Below the pieces are notes generated by a model, which was not told the DNA's origin, searched no databases, and worked only from the letters and a program-made list of their open reading frames with translations. From contig OZ243916.1 of NCBI GenBank assembly GCA_965213675.1, forward strand, positions 2,976,001 through 3,040,000: a DNA stretch of 64,000 nucleotides, given 5' to 3'. Below are positions 37,735-47,723 of this stretch, in pieces (the first letter of the stretch is position 1; every line of letters starts with the position of its first letter). The stretch is from an uncultured Candidatus Binatia bacterium. Its GTDB lineage: Bacteria; Desulfobacterota; Binatia; UBA9968; JAJDTQ01. The position numbers and the translations under genes are program-made.

Positions 37735-37770
37735 AGGAGCTTGCGCCGCAGGAATTGGCGAAAGCGAAAA
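37735..37770 (+). repeat. GGAGCYTGCGCCGCAGGAATT element copy
   Basis: AGGAGCTTGCGCCGCAGGAATTGGCGAAAGCGAAAA. Confidence 0.75.
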
Positions 37771-37818
37771 TCCGTTATCGCCAATGCTCGAGATGGGAGA
37801 ACGCTTTCTCGTCAACCC

Positions 37819-38850
37819 TCACAGGTTGTACAGTGCCCGCGCGTTCCCGCCGCAGATCTTGGCTTTGACCTCCGGGCTGAGCCTCGGGTCGTTGGCGACG
37901 CCGTCGATGGCCAGAAGCTCGGTGGCGCTGTCGGCGTGGCCGTAGTCGGTGCCCACCACCAAGTGGTCCTCGCCGGCGTTGTCGATGACGTAGGGAAGGT
38001 CGTCGGTGGTCTCGCAGCCGACCCATATCCGGTTCCTTGCCAGCAATTCGTTCCGGTGGCACCCCTGCTCCTTTACGTAGGGACGCTTGAACAGGTCGGT
38101 CAGGGCGTAGGGCAGCCACTGTGAGCTGACCTCCAGGAACGCCATCTTGAGTTGCGGGAATCGTTCGGGGATTCCACCCGCGACGATGGTGTGGAACGCC
38201 CCCACCACCACCAGCTTGAACTTCGAGAAGGCCACGGGCTCGTACTTGTAGTAGTCGAACAGGACGGAACTGCCGTTGGATGCGTGGATGCACACCGGCA
38301 TGTCCAGCCGGCCGCCGGCGTCGTACACTGGATAGAAAAAGGGATCGTTCAGCAGACGGTCGCCCTCCGAGCCGCGCATGTAGATGCCCACCGCGCCGTT
38401 CTCCTTGGCCAGCCGGGCTTCCTCGTATACCTGTTCCGGGCTGAGAAGCGGCGCCATGGCCACCCAGCGCAAGCGGTTGTCCGACTGTTTCCAGCACTCG
38501 CCCATCCAGCGGTTGTAGCTGCGGCACAACGCCAGCTCGATCTCCGGCCGGGGCGTGAGCGGGATTATGAAGATGGTGGGAAAGATCACCTGGACGTCCA
38601 CCCTGAGATCGTCCATGTGCCTGAGCCGCGCGGCCACGTCGCGCAGTTCGCGGGACTCCAGCGGCGTGTCCTTGCCCACGTTGCGGGTCTTGAGCCGCAG
38701 GGTTCCGTCCACCAGCCAGTACTCGTCCCCGGAGCCCGAGCCGTTGGTGGAGCCGACGACCTCGGGCCGGAACTTCCGGTCGGCGCCGTCCATGAATGCC
38801 CAGGTTTCCTCGGTCTCGAGGACGTGAGCGTCTGCGTCGATTCTGAGCAT
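37819..38850 (-). CDS. amidohydrolase family protein
   Basis: IDADAHVLE, FPT, AFLE, GTDYGH. Confidence 0.9.
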   Translation of the reverse strand: MLRIDADAHVLETEETWAFMDGADRKFRPEVVGSTNGSGSGDEYWLVDGTLRLKTRNVGKDTPLESRELRDVAARLRHMDDLRVDVQVIFPTIFIIPLTPRPEIELALCRSYNRWMGECWKQSDNRLRWVAMAPLLSPEQVYEEARLAKENGAVGIYMRGSEGDRLLNDPFFYPVYDAGGRLDMPVCIHASNGSSVLFDYYKYEPVAFSKFKLVVVGAFHTIVAGGIPERFPQLKMAFLEVSSQWLPYALTDLFKRPYVKEQGCHRNELLARNRIWVGCETTDDLPYVIDNAGEDHLVVGTDYGHADSATELLAIDGVANDPRLSPEVKAKICGGNARALYNL

Positions 38851-39049
38851 TTCGGTTCCCTCCCCCAGTGGGATTGCATTGACACAGGCCGGTCGCCGGA
38901 CTGATATCCGTGTCGTCTATCCGAAGTCCGGGAATGAATCAATGGGGACGGTCTCGGTTTGGTCTCTCCGCAGGCAAGCCGCGGCGGTCGCTCCCACTTG
39001 GCCCAATGCTCCTGTGGCGGGTGCAGGAAAAAGGACCGCCCCATGCTGT

Positions 39050-39475
39050 TCAGATGCTGAGGACAAACTCGTGAGCCTTGGTCATTTCAAAATCGCATTT
39101 GCACAGCACGTCTCGTCCAAGCAGCGCGTCAACAGCGGAGGTTGTCGCCAGTTCGACAAGGCGGATTTCCGAGGCAAGGTAACTCTGACCGTGGGGTTGC
39201 TCGAAGTACAACACGACGTCACCGTCATACCAATTCGTAGGTTGAGTCCCATGGATGGATTGGGTTGGCCATTTTCCCCGGATAGGCAAACCCACGCGCT
39301 CCGCAATCGTTGCCTTGATGCTGGTTCTGGAAGCACCTGTGTCCAACAGAGCCTTGACCCTGACGATATTGGGAACAGGTCCCGTCTGTCGAGATAGGAA
39401 GGAATTGGGCTTGGCTATCCCGATCCCTACGATGATACCGGTGAGCGGATCGAAGCTCCCCCTAAGGGACGACAT
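39050..39475 (-). CDS. retropepsin-like (clan AA) aspartyl protease
   Basis: ALLDTGAS and ALLGRDVL motifs. Confidence 0.85.
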   Translation of the reverse strand: MSSLRGSFDPLTGIIVGIGIAKPNSFLSRQTGPVPNIVRVKALLDTGASRTSIKATIAERVGLPIRGKWPTQSIHGTQPTNWYDGDVVLYFEQPHGQSYLASEIRLVELATTSAVDALLGRDVLCKCDFEMTKAHEFVLSI

Positions 39476-39731
39476 GCGAGAACCATCCAAGATCTACCGC
39501 CTCACCGGTTACTTCCTGGACGGAAAACAGGCCGTCGCCAAAGGTGCGTTCACCATGCTGTGCGGCTTCTCTTGCGCTGGAGAAGAACTCAATGATCTCC
39601 TCGTCTCGTAGAAGAGCAAATTGGCCAGGATTGGTCTTGAGGAGCTCAGGGAGCCGTTTGTTGAAGGCTTCGTAATTGGCGTCTACTGTTTCCTGAATTC
39701 TGGAGCGGGTAGGACCTTCGAACTTGACCAT
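39462..39731 (-). CDS. small DUF5678-like protein
   Basis: NYEAF...LPELL...GQFALLRDEEII; GGAGG RBS; overlaps the protease start by 14 nt. Confidence 0.65.
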   Translation of the reverse strand: MVKFEGPTRSRIQETVDANYEAFNKRLPELLKTNPGQFALLRDEEIIEFFSSAREAAQHGERTFGDGLFSVQEVTGEAVDLGWFSHVVP

Positions 39732-40020
39732 GGCAACCTCCATACGCTGGTACGTACCTCCGACGATACAGGACGTAGCTCGCCATACTCGGCGGATGCC
39801 ACCTGCCCCTTAGTACTCGGGGTATTCTTTTGAAGTCAATGGGTGGGTTGCAAGCCCTTGTTTTTATTGTGTCGAAAGCCAGTCTGGATCAGTCCTTCCC
39901 CGCAGGTTTGGTATGAAAGTTCAGCTTCCCCACTGTTCCATTCTCCTCCGTGTGCGGCACGATCTGAGGCCAGATGACGAGGCGAATCTGAATGTCAAAA
40001 ACAGACTGAGGCAGCACCCA

Positions 40021-40836
40021 TCAGCGGCCCTTCCACACCGGCGGCCGCTTCGCCACGAAGGCCCGCGGCCCTTCCTTGCTGTCGTCGGTGGTGAGCACGA
40101 GGGTGGCGAGGTCGGACTCCAGGCGCAGCGCCTGCTCCAGCGGCAGGCCCTGGCCCTTGTGGACCGACTCCTTGATGTACCGCAGGGCCAGGGGAGCGCC
40201 CTTGGCGAAGGATGCCGCCATCTCCTCGCCGGCGCCCGTCAACTCATCCACCGGCACCAGCTTGTTGACGAGTCCGATGCGGTAAGCTTCCTGAGCGTCC
40301 ACGAGCGACCCGGAAAGACACATCTCCATAGCCTTGGCCGAGCCCACGAGGCGGGCCAGCCGCTGCGTCCCGCCCGATGCCGGCATGAAGCCGAGCCGGA
40401 CCTCGGTCACCCCCATGCGGGCGTTCTCCGCGGCGATGCGGATGTCGCAGGCCATGGCGATCAACAAGCCGGCCCCGACCGCGTAGCCGTGCAGCAGCGC
40501 GATGGCAGGCTTCTGCACCAAGGCCACGGCGTCGATGGGCGAATGGACCCCCGGCGCCTGCCTGGCCTGCCGCGCTTCCAGCGGAGACGCGGCTGCCTCT
40601 GCCGCCTCGGCGTTGCGGCTGGCCCGCTCCTTGATGTCGCCGCCCACCGTGAAGGCCTTCTCGCCGGCGCCCCGGAAGAGCACCACCTGGACGTTCCGGT
40701 CCGCTTCCGCCCGGGCGCAGTATTCGATGATGAGCTGCCGCATCTCCTCGTTGATGGCGTTCAGCGCCTCCGGGCGGTTCAGGGTGATCCAGGCGGTCTG
40801 GTCCTTTACTTCGTAGAGAACCTTGTCGTCGGCCAT
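40021..40836 (-). CDS. enoyl-CoA hydratase/isomerase
   Basis: ITLNRPEALNA, AFTVGGDIKE, ACDIRIA, GGTQRL. Confidence 0.92.
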   Translation of the reverse strand: MADDKVLYEVKDQTAWITLNRPEALNAINEEMRQLIIEYCARAEADRNVQVVLFRGAGEKAFTVGGDIKERASRNAEAAEAAASPLEARQARQAPGVHSPIDAVALVQKPAIALLHGYAVGAGLLIAMACDIRIAAENARMGVTEVRLGFMPASGGTQRLARLVGSAKAMEMCLSGSLVDAQEAYRIGLVNKLVPVDELTGAGEEMAASFAKGAPLALRYIKESVHKGQGLPLEQALRLESDLATLVLTTDDSKEGPRAFVAKRPPVWKGR

Positions 40837-40904
40837 CGGTTATGTCTCCTCTGTGTGGAGTCGTGAAGGAGTCGCCTCTCTCCTCCGTCAGTCTCATTTC
40901 TCTT

Positions 40905-40968
40905 CCGTCATTCCCGCGAAAGCTTGCCCTCGACCCCGATCGAGGGCAAGCTCTCGCGGGAATGACGG
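40905..40968. repeat. 64-nt palindromic GTCATTCCCGCG-family element
   Basis: CCGTCATTCCCGCGAAAGCTTGCCCTCGA...TCGAGGGCAAGCTCTCGCGGGAATGACGG. Confidence 0.9.
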
Positions 40969-41034
40969 TACGGAGCTTGGTAGCACTTCCCTGTCAGTGA
41001 CGGGATTCGATGCCTCCGCGCCAATCCCACTGGC

Positions 41035-42042
41035 TCAGACTGTGCCGCGGTCGAGCCGGTAGACCCGCGCGGCGGTGTCGTGGAACAGCGCTGTTCGTTC
41101 CGCGTCGGAGTATCCCCGTGACATGATCTTGAATGCGTTCCAGATGGGTACGTAGGAGTAGGACACCCGGTCCACCGGGAAGTTGCTTTCGAACATGCAG
41201 CGGCCGGCGCCGAACTTCTCGATGCAGTGCTCGAAGTAGGGCCGCATGGCCTCGGCCAATTCGGCGGAACCGGGCTCGGGCTCGCGCATATGCCAGTCGT
41301 AGCCGGAGCGGAGGGAACCGACACCGCCCAGCTTAAGCGCCACGTTGGGGCACGACGATAGCGCCGCGATGTCCGCGCTCCAGGCCCGGAACACCTCGTC
41401 GCGCCGTCCCTTGTAGGGGCCCAGCCCCAGAGGCCCGCCGATGTGGTCGAGGATGATGGGCACGTCCGGGAAATCCCGGGCCAGCTCCACCAACTCCGGA
41501 AGCTGCGGGTGATAGAGCCAGGCGTCGAAGCTCAGCCCCAGGCGCTGCAGGCGCGCGAAGCCCTTGCGGACCTCGGGGTCCCTGAGCAGGCCCGACCGCG
41601 CCACGCTCCGGAACGAGTCCGAGGCGTCCCACATGGTGGAATAGCGGATGCCGCGCAGCCGGGTGGGGCTGGCCTCCAGGTGCGCTTCCAGGACGGCGGC
41701 CACGGCGTCGCCAAGGGTCAGGTCGGCGTAGGCTACGATAGCGGCCGCCACGGTTGCGGGCGTACCCGTGGGCGAGCTCTCGGATGCGATGCCCTCCAGG
41801 AACTCCGTCTCGCCCACCGGCTGCAACTCCGCCGGCCCTTCTTCGCGGTACATCGCCCCGCACTCCACCGCCACACTGGAGACGATGCGATGGCCGGCCG
41901 AGGCGTCGCGCAGGAAATCGTCGAGCAGGTACGGGTTGTTGGGGCGCCGCCACAGGTGGTGGTGCGGGTCGCAGATGGGGAGGTTGGGTTCCAGCGGGGC
42001 CTCGTCGGGCGTGTCTGTTGCAGGATCGGTCAATTTCGGCAC
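41035..42042 (-). CDS. amidohydrolase family protein (lactonase-like)
   Basis: DPHHHLW, ILDHIGG, RCMFESNFPVD. Confidence 0.9.
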   Translation of the reverse strand: MPKLTDPATDTPDEAPLEPNLPICDPHHHLWRRPNNPYLLDDFLRDASAGHRIVSSVAVECGAMYREEGPAELQPVGETEFLEGIASESSPTGTPATVAAAIVAYADLTLGDAVAAVLEAHLEASPTRLRGIRYSTMWDASDSFRSVARSGLLRDPEVRKGFARLQRLGLSFDAWLYHPQLPELVELARDFPDVPIILDHIGGPLGLGPYKGRRDEVFRAWSADIAALSSCPNVALKLGGVGSLRSGYDWHMREPEPGSAELAEAMRPYFEHCIEKFGAGRCMFESNFPVDRVSYSYVPIWNAFKIMSRGYSDAERTALFHDTAARVYRLDRGTV

Positions 42043-42214
42043 CTCAAGTCCCGGTCACTGCTCGCTGGACCCCGGGTCAAGCTTGCCCCGGGCTTTGACC
42101 CGGGGCCCATGGTGACGGGCAGGAGGGCGGTTTCGGTGCTCGCACTGCCCGGCCGGGTTTGGTAGACAGGGGTTTGCCTTCATCGGACGAGCCGATTCCG
42201 GCTGAGGAGGTCGC

Positions 42215-43471
42215 GTGGATTTCGAGCTGGCCCATTACCCTGTCCGGTCCCTTTCCTGGGGCGCCAAGACCGAATATCGAGAAGGCGAACTCATTGTCAA
42301 CCGCGAGGCGCTGCGCGCCGAACTGCTGGCGGAACCGCTCATTGATGACGTCGAGCTGAGCATCGTCCGGCCTGGCGAGCGCACCCGGGTGCTCCACGTG
42401 GTGGACATCGTCGAGCCGCGCTGGAAGGACCCGGAACGCGGCGGCGCGTTCCCCGGCAGCCTCGGACCGTTGTACCAGTGCGGCCTCGGCCGCACCCACG
42501 CGCTGGACGGCGTGGCCGTGGTGACGTCCGGTTCCCTGCCCCGGTCCGAGGAGGCCATCATCGACATGTGCGGCCCCGGCAGCGAGCTCAGCCGGTTCGG
42601 CCAAATGCCCGGGCTGGTGGTGCTGCCCAAGGCGCGGGACGGATCCGACCCGGGCGAGTTCGGCCTCGCGCTCATGCGCGCCGGGCTTCGCACGGCCGTC
42701 CTCCTGGCCCAGACCACGCGAGGGGTGGAGCCGGCCCGCAACGAAAGGTTCTCCCTGGAACTTGGACGCAATGCGTCGGCGGACCTGCCGCGTATCGGCT
42801 ACCTGAGCTTTTCGTACTCCCACGGCATCGGCCGCCAGAAGCTCTTCTACGGCGTGAGCACCAAGGACATGGTACCCAGCGTGGTGCATCCCAACGAGCT
42901 GCTGGACGGGGCGCTGGTGAACGACGGCTATACCAAGCCCACCAAGAACGCCACCCACGACATCCTGAACCACCCGATGATCCGGGAGCTCCACCGCCGC
43001 CACAACCGCGACCTCGTGTTCGCGGGCATGGTCATCGCCAACCACCACGCCACCTACGACGAGAAGGCGGCCACGGCGTGGCACGCGGCGCGCCTGCTCA
43101 GACACGTGGTGGCGGCCGAGGCGGTGGTCATCACCAAGGACGGCGGCGGCCAGGCGGACGTGGACCTGATGCTGGCCTGCCGGGCCTGCGAGGAAGTGGG
43201 CCTGCGCACGGTGTTGGTGGCCAAGGAGGAGTCCGGCGGCGACGGTCCGGCGTTGGTGGACGTGGCGCCCCAGGCGGACGCCATGGTGAGCGTGGGCAAC
43301 TGTCCCGAGAAGGTCCGCCTCGAAGAGTCCATGGAATGTGTCATCGGCGGCGACGCCTTTCTCGGCGCCATCCACGGGGACGTGGCCGGGACAGTGGAGA
43401 TCCCGGTCCAGAACATCATCGGCGCCATCGATCCCATCGGCGGCTCGACGCTGACGGCCCGGCCGGGGTAG
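42215..43471 (+). CDS. glycine/sarcosine/betaine reductase component B alpha/beta subunit (GrdE/GrdI-like)
   Basis: DIVEPRWK, GRTHAL, IIDMCGPG, HPNELLDGA, NHPMI.EL, AMVSVGN; GAGGAGG RBS. Confidence 0.85.
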   Translation: MDFELAHYPVRSLSWGAKTEYREGELIVNREALRAELLAEPLIDDVELSIVRPGERTRVLHVVDIVEPRWKDPERGGAFPGSLGPLYQCGLGRTHALDGVAVVTSGSLPRSEEAIIDMCGPGSELSRFGQMPGLVVLPKARDGSDPGEFGLALMRAGLRTAVLLAQTTRGVEPARNERFSLELGRNASADLPRIGYLSFSYSHGIGRQKLFYGVSTKDMVPSVVHPNELLDGALVNDGYTKPTKNATHDILNHPMIRELHRRHNRDLVFAGMVIANHHATYDEKAATAWHAARLLRHVVAAEAVVITKDGGGQADVDLMLACRACEEVGLRTVLVAKEESGGDGPALVDVAPQADAMVSVGNCPEKVRLEESMECVIGGDAFLGAIHGDVAGTVEIPVQNIIGAIDPIGGSTLTARPG

Positions 43472-43482
43472 GGAGGAGCAAG

Positions 43483-44772
43483 ATGAAACGAATCGTCCAC
43501 TACGTGAACCAGTTCTTTGCCGGTGTCGGCGGGGAGGAAGTCGCGGGTTCCCCGCCCGGCGCGCTGAAGGGCGCGGTGGGGCCGGGCAGGCTGCTGCAGA
43601 ACCTGCTGGGAGAGGGCGGCGGCATCGTCGCCACGGTTTACTGCGGCGACGACCACTTCTCCGAGAACGAGGAGGCGGCTACGGCCCGGCTGCTGGAACT
43701 CGTGAAGGCGGCCGAGCCGGACCTCCTGTTCGCGGGGCCGGCCTTCGGCTCGGGGCGCTACGGGCTGGCGTGCGCGGGGATGTGCCGGGCGGTGGGCGCC
43801 GAGTTGGGATTACCGGTGCTGACCGCCATGTCGCCGTCCAACCCGGGGGCGGACACGATCCGGAGCGAGGTCCCGGTGGTCGGGACCGGGGAGTCGTCGG
43901 GCGACATGCGCGCCGCCATCGAGGCTGCCGCGGCCGTGATCGTGAAGATGCTCGCTGGCGAAATCGTGGCTCCAGGCAGCGACGAGAGCCTGATCCCCCG
44001 CGGCGGCCGCTGGAACACGCGGGTGTCCAAGCGCGCGGCGGAGCGGGCCGTGGACCTGCTGCTGGCCAAGGTCGCGGGCGGACCGATGGAGACGGAGATC
44101 CCGCTGCCGGCATTCCAGGAGGTGGCGCCGGCGCCGGGCATCCGCGACCTCGGCCACGCCAAGATCGCGCTGGTCACCACCGGCGGCCTGGTCCCCCGTG
44201 GCAACCCCGATGGCATCAAATCGTACCTGTCCACGCACTTTGGCGCTTACGACATGACGGAACGGGAACGCCTCACCGGGGAGGAATTCGAATCGGTGCA
44301 CGGCGGGTTCTTCACCGCCATGGTGAACGAGGATCCCAACCGGCTGATTCCTTTGGACGCGCTGCGCCAGGCGGTGCGCGCGGGCTCGGTGGGCGCGCTG
44401 CACGAGCGCTTCTATTCCACCACGGGCAACGGCACTCCTGTCGAGACCGCCGCGGATATGGCGCGGGACATCGCCGCATCGCTGGAGGAGGACCGTGTCG
44501 ACGGCGTCCTCCTTACCTCCGCGTGAGGCACCTGCACTCGCTGCGGCGCAGCGATGGCCAAGGAACTGGAACGAAGCGGCATCCCGACGGTGCATGTGAC
44601 CAATCTCGTCTCGGTGTCGGAGAACACCGGCGCCAAGCGGATCATGTCGGGACGGGCCATTCCCCACGTGTTCGGCGACCCGTCTCTGGAGGCGGATGAA
44701 GAGCGGCGGCTGCGGCAACGGCTGGTGGAGCAGGCGCTGGACCTGCTGCGGGCGCAGGAGGGCGTGTCGTGA
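43483..44772 (+). CDS. grdB: glycine/betaine/sarcosine reductase selenoprotein B (GrdB-like), Sec at codon 348
   Basis: HYVNQFFAG, GPAFGSGRYG, TTGGLVPRGNPD, LTSA-UGA-GTCTRC; the frame continues through TGA 44524-44526 to the stop at 44772. Confidence 0.9.
44538..44554 (+). promoter_or_regulatory. bacterial SECIS-like hairpin
   Basis: TCGCTGC-GGC-GCAGCGA stem begins 11 nt after the UGA, with G in the apical loop. Confidence 0.7.
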
Positions 44773-44945
44773 GGGGCCGCCCCTGATCCGCTCTGGCTTC
44801 CCGCCCCTGAGCGAAGCCGCAGGCACGCCTCCGCCGGATTGACGGGAGGGGCTGACCCGGCCGAGGCACCTCGAGCCAATCCATCCTTGACATGCGCGCC
44901 GTAAAGTCGGTTAATCGCCCCATCTAACCCAAGAGGAGGCAACTC

Positions 44946-45992
44946 ATGGTTCGGAGAATTCTCGTTCTGATGGCAGGGCTGATGCTGCTGGCGGGCCCGG
45001 CATGGGCCGACTCGGTGGCGGATTTCTACAAGGGCAAGACCATTCGTATCGTCGTGGGCTATGGTCCCGGAGGCACCACCGACCTGACCACCCGGCTGAT
45101 CGCGCCGGTGCTGCACAAGTACATTCCGGGAAGTCCGCGGATCGTGGTCCAGAACAAGCCGGGCGGCGGCAGCATGCTGGCGGCCAATACGGTGTTCAAC
45201 AACGAGCGCAGGGACGGCACCGTGATCGCGGGCGTCAGCAGCAGTCTCGTGTTGAAGCAGGCTCGCGGCGTGAAGGGGATCCGGTTCGACGGCAAGGATT
45301 TCAATTGGGTCGCGAGCGCCTTCCGGGCCAACTCCGCGTGCGCGGTGCGGGCGGATGCGGGCGTGAAGACGTGGGCGGATGCGGTGAATACCAAGAAACA
45401 GCTCATCATGTCGAGCTTCGACAAGGGCGGCTTGTCCCACCTGGAGCCGATCATCTTAAACGCGGTTTTCGGCAGCAACTTCAAGGCCGTCACGGGATTT
45501 CCCAGCGGCGGCGCGCAGCGCCTGGCGGTGAAGAACGGCGAGGTGAACGGCTTCTGCACGACCTTTCAGACGATGCAGAGCACCGAGATCGCCATGTTCG
45601 AGGGTGAGGCGAAATGCTGCCGGGTGCTCATCATCGCCGGTGAGGAGAAGGCCGACCATCCCCTGCTGAAGGGCGTGCCCGCGGCTGAGGCGCTGGCCAA
45701 GGAACTTGGCAAGAGCGCGGAAGAGTTGGCCATGCTGAGGGCGATGAACGCCACCAACCAGATCAGCATTGTCCACACGCTTCCGCCCGGAGTGCCGGCG
45801 GACCGCGTCGAGGCCATGCGCGACGCCTTTGCCAAGGCGTACAGCGACCCGCAGGTCCAGGCCTTGGCGAAGAAGCAGAATCGGAATCTGCAGCCAAGGC
45901 GCGGCGACAACGTGGCCGATGTCGTCAACGACTTGCTCGGCACTCCCAAGTCCGTGATGGACCGGATCAAGGCGCTCATCGCGAAGGGCTGA
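44946..45992 (+). CDS. tctC: tripartite tricarboxylate transporter substrate-binding protein (TctC/Bug)
   Basis: Signal peptide, FYKGKTI, GYGPGG.TD, NKPGGG, GEVNG. Confidence 0.85.
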   Translation: MVRRILVLMAGLMLLAGPAWADSVADFYKGKTIRIVVGYGPGGTTDLTTRLIAPVLHKYIPGSPRIVVQNKPGGGSMLAANTVFNNERRDGTVIAGVSSSLVLKQARGVKGIRFDGKDFNWVASAFRANSACAVRADAGVKTWADAVNTKKQLIMSSFDKGGLSHLEPIILNAVFGSNFKAVTGFPSGGAQRLAVKNGEVNGFCTTFQTMQSTEIAMFEGEAKCCRVLIIAGEEKADHPLLKGVPAAEALAKELGKSAEELAMLRAMNATNQISIVHTLPPGVPADRVEAMRDAFAKAYSDPQVQALAKKQNRNLQPRRGDNVADVVNDLLGTPKSVMDRIKALIAKG

Positions 45993-46217
45993 GTCCGGCG
46001 GCGTGCGCCGGCCGATGGATCGTGTGCGGAACCGGGGTCCGGTTCGCGTTTGCCGCTGGCGGACGCGGGCCGGTTTCCCGATCCTCCGAGTTCAGTCTCC
46101 AACCGGAAGACGGTTGCACCAGCCGGTCCCGTTGGGAGTCTGCAGGAGCCTGTTGGTCTTCGATGCCGCTTCGCTACGCTCAGGACGAACGGTGTAGGCT
46201 GACACTCTCATAGCACC

Positions 46218-47723
46218 ATGCTCGAAGCCTTAGTTACGGGTCTGCTCCAAGTATTCAATCAGACGACGTTCCTGCTGATGCTGGTGGGCATCTTCCTGGG
46301 CTTCATCGTCGGGATTCTGCCCGGCATCGGCAGCCCCGGGGCGGTGGCTCTCATGCTGCCGTTCATCTTCACCATGGACCCGGTGCAGGCGTTTGCCTTC
46401 CTGCTCGGGATGTACGCGGTCACCGGCACCACCGGCGACATTACCTCGATCCTGTTCGGCGTGCCCGGGGAGGTGGTGTCCACGGCCACCATCATCGACG
46501 GGCACCCCATGGCCAAGAAAGGCGAGGCCGGCCGCGCCCTGGGTGCGGCGCTCATGAGTTCGCTCGTGGGGGCCATCGTGGGCGCCTTCTCCCTGGCCGC
46601 GGCCATCCCCATCGTCACCCCGCTGGTACTGTCCTTCAAATCGCCGGAATTCTTCTCCCTGGCGATCCTGGGTATCTGTTTTCTCGCGGCGTTGAGCGGC
46701 GACAACAAGCTCAAGGGAGTGCTGGCCGGCGGGCTCGGACTGGTGCTCTCCACCGTCGGCCTGGATTACCAGGAGAACATCGAGCGCTACACGTTCGGGT
46801 TGGTGAACCTGTGGGAAGGGGTCGGGCTCATCGCCGCGGCCGTGGGATTGTTCGCGGTGCCCGAGATCGTGGAACTTTGGGTCAAGGGTTCCAGCATCGC
46901 GGAGGCCAAGGTGGGCAAGCTCGGCGGCGTGTGGCAGGGTGTCAAGGACACCTTCACGCACATCGGCATCACCGTCCGCTGCAGCATGATCGGCACGTTC
47001 TTCGGGCTTGTGCCCGGAGTGAGTGCCGCCCTGTCCCAGTGGGTGTCCTACGCCCACGCGGTCCAGAGCACCCGGGACCGCAGCGGCTTCGGCAAGGGAG
47101 ATGTCCGCGGGGTGCTGGGGCCCGGCGCGGCCAACAACTCCGGTATCGGCGCGGCCATGATTCCCACCGTGGCGTTCGGCGTGCCCGGCAGCGCCACCAC
47201 CGCCATCCTGCTGGGCGCCTTCATCATCCAGGGGTTGCAACCCGGGCCGAAGATGCTCACCGAGCATCTGTCCCTGACCTTCTCGTTCGTCTGGCTCATC
47301 GTCATCTCCAACATCATCACGGTGACGCTGTGCCTGCTTTTCCTGAACCAGTTGGCCAAGATCACCCAGATTCGCGGGTCGCTGCTGATTCCCGCCCTGT
47401 TCATGCTCATTTTCCTGGCGGGCTTCGCCAACACCAATTCCTATTTCGCCATGACCACTACGCTCGTGTTCGGCGTTGCCGGCGTGGTCATGGTGAACCG
47501 CGGCTGGCCTCGTCCGCCGCTGGTGCTGGGTCTGGTGCTGGGGTCGCTGGTGGAGCGGAACCTGTTCATCTCGTACGAGATCTACGGGCTCTGGTTCCTG
47601 ACGCGACCCATCGTCATGGTGACCTTCGGGGTTGCCCTGGTGGTGATCTTCCTTCCCGGACTGCAGGACTGGATGGCCAAGCGCGCCAAGCCCGACGAGG
47701 AAATCGTTGCGCAATCGGACTGA
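46218..47723 (+). CDS. tctA: tripartite tricarboxylate transporter large subunit TctA
   Basis: GILPGIG, DGHPMAKKG.AGRAL, AANN, GVPGS, GLQPGP. Confidence 0.92.
   Translation: MLEALVTGLLQVFNQTTFLLMLVGIFLGFIVGILPGIGSPGAVALMLPFIFTMDPVQAFAFLLGMYAVTGTTGDITSILFGVPGEVVSTATIIDGHPMAKKGEAGRALGAALMSSLVGAIVGAFSLAAAIPIVTPLVLSFKSPEFFSLAILGICFLAALSGDNKLKGVLAGGLGLVLSTVGLDYQENIERYTFGLVNLWEGVGLIAAAVGLFAVPEIVELWVKGSSIAEAKVGKLGGVWQGVKDTFTHIGITVRCSMIGTFFGLVPGVSAALSQWVSYAHAVQSTRDRSGFGKGDVRGVLGPGAANNSGIGAAMIPTVAFGVPGSATTAILLGAFIIQGLQPGPKMLTEHLSLTFSFVWLIVISNIITVTLCLLFLNQLAKITQIRGSLLIPALFMLIFLAGFANTNSYFAMTTTLVFGVAGVVMVNRGWPRPPLVLGLVLGSLVERNLFISYEIYGLWFLTRPIVMVTFGVALVVIFLPGLQDWMAKRAKPDEEIVAQSD

Noticed and set aside
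42478-44526. 682-aa ORF as a fusion protein
   Set aside because: The first 335 codons are an off-frame overlap of the grdE-like gene; the true start is ATG 43483 behind GGAGGAG
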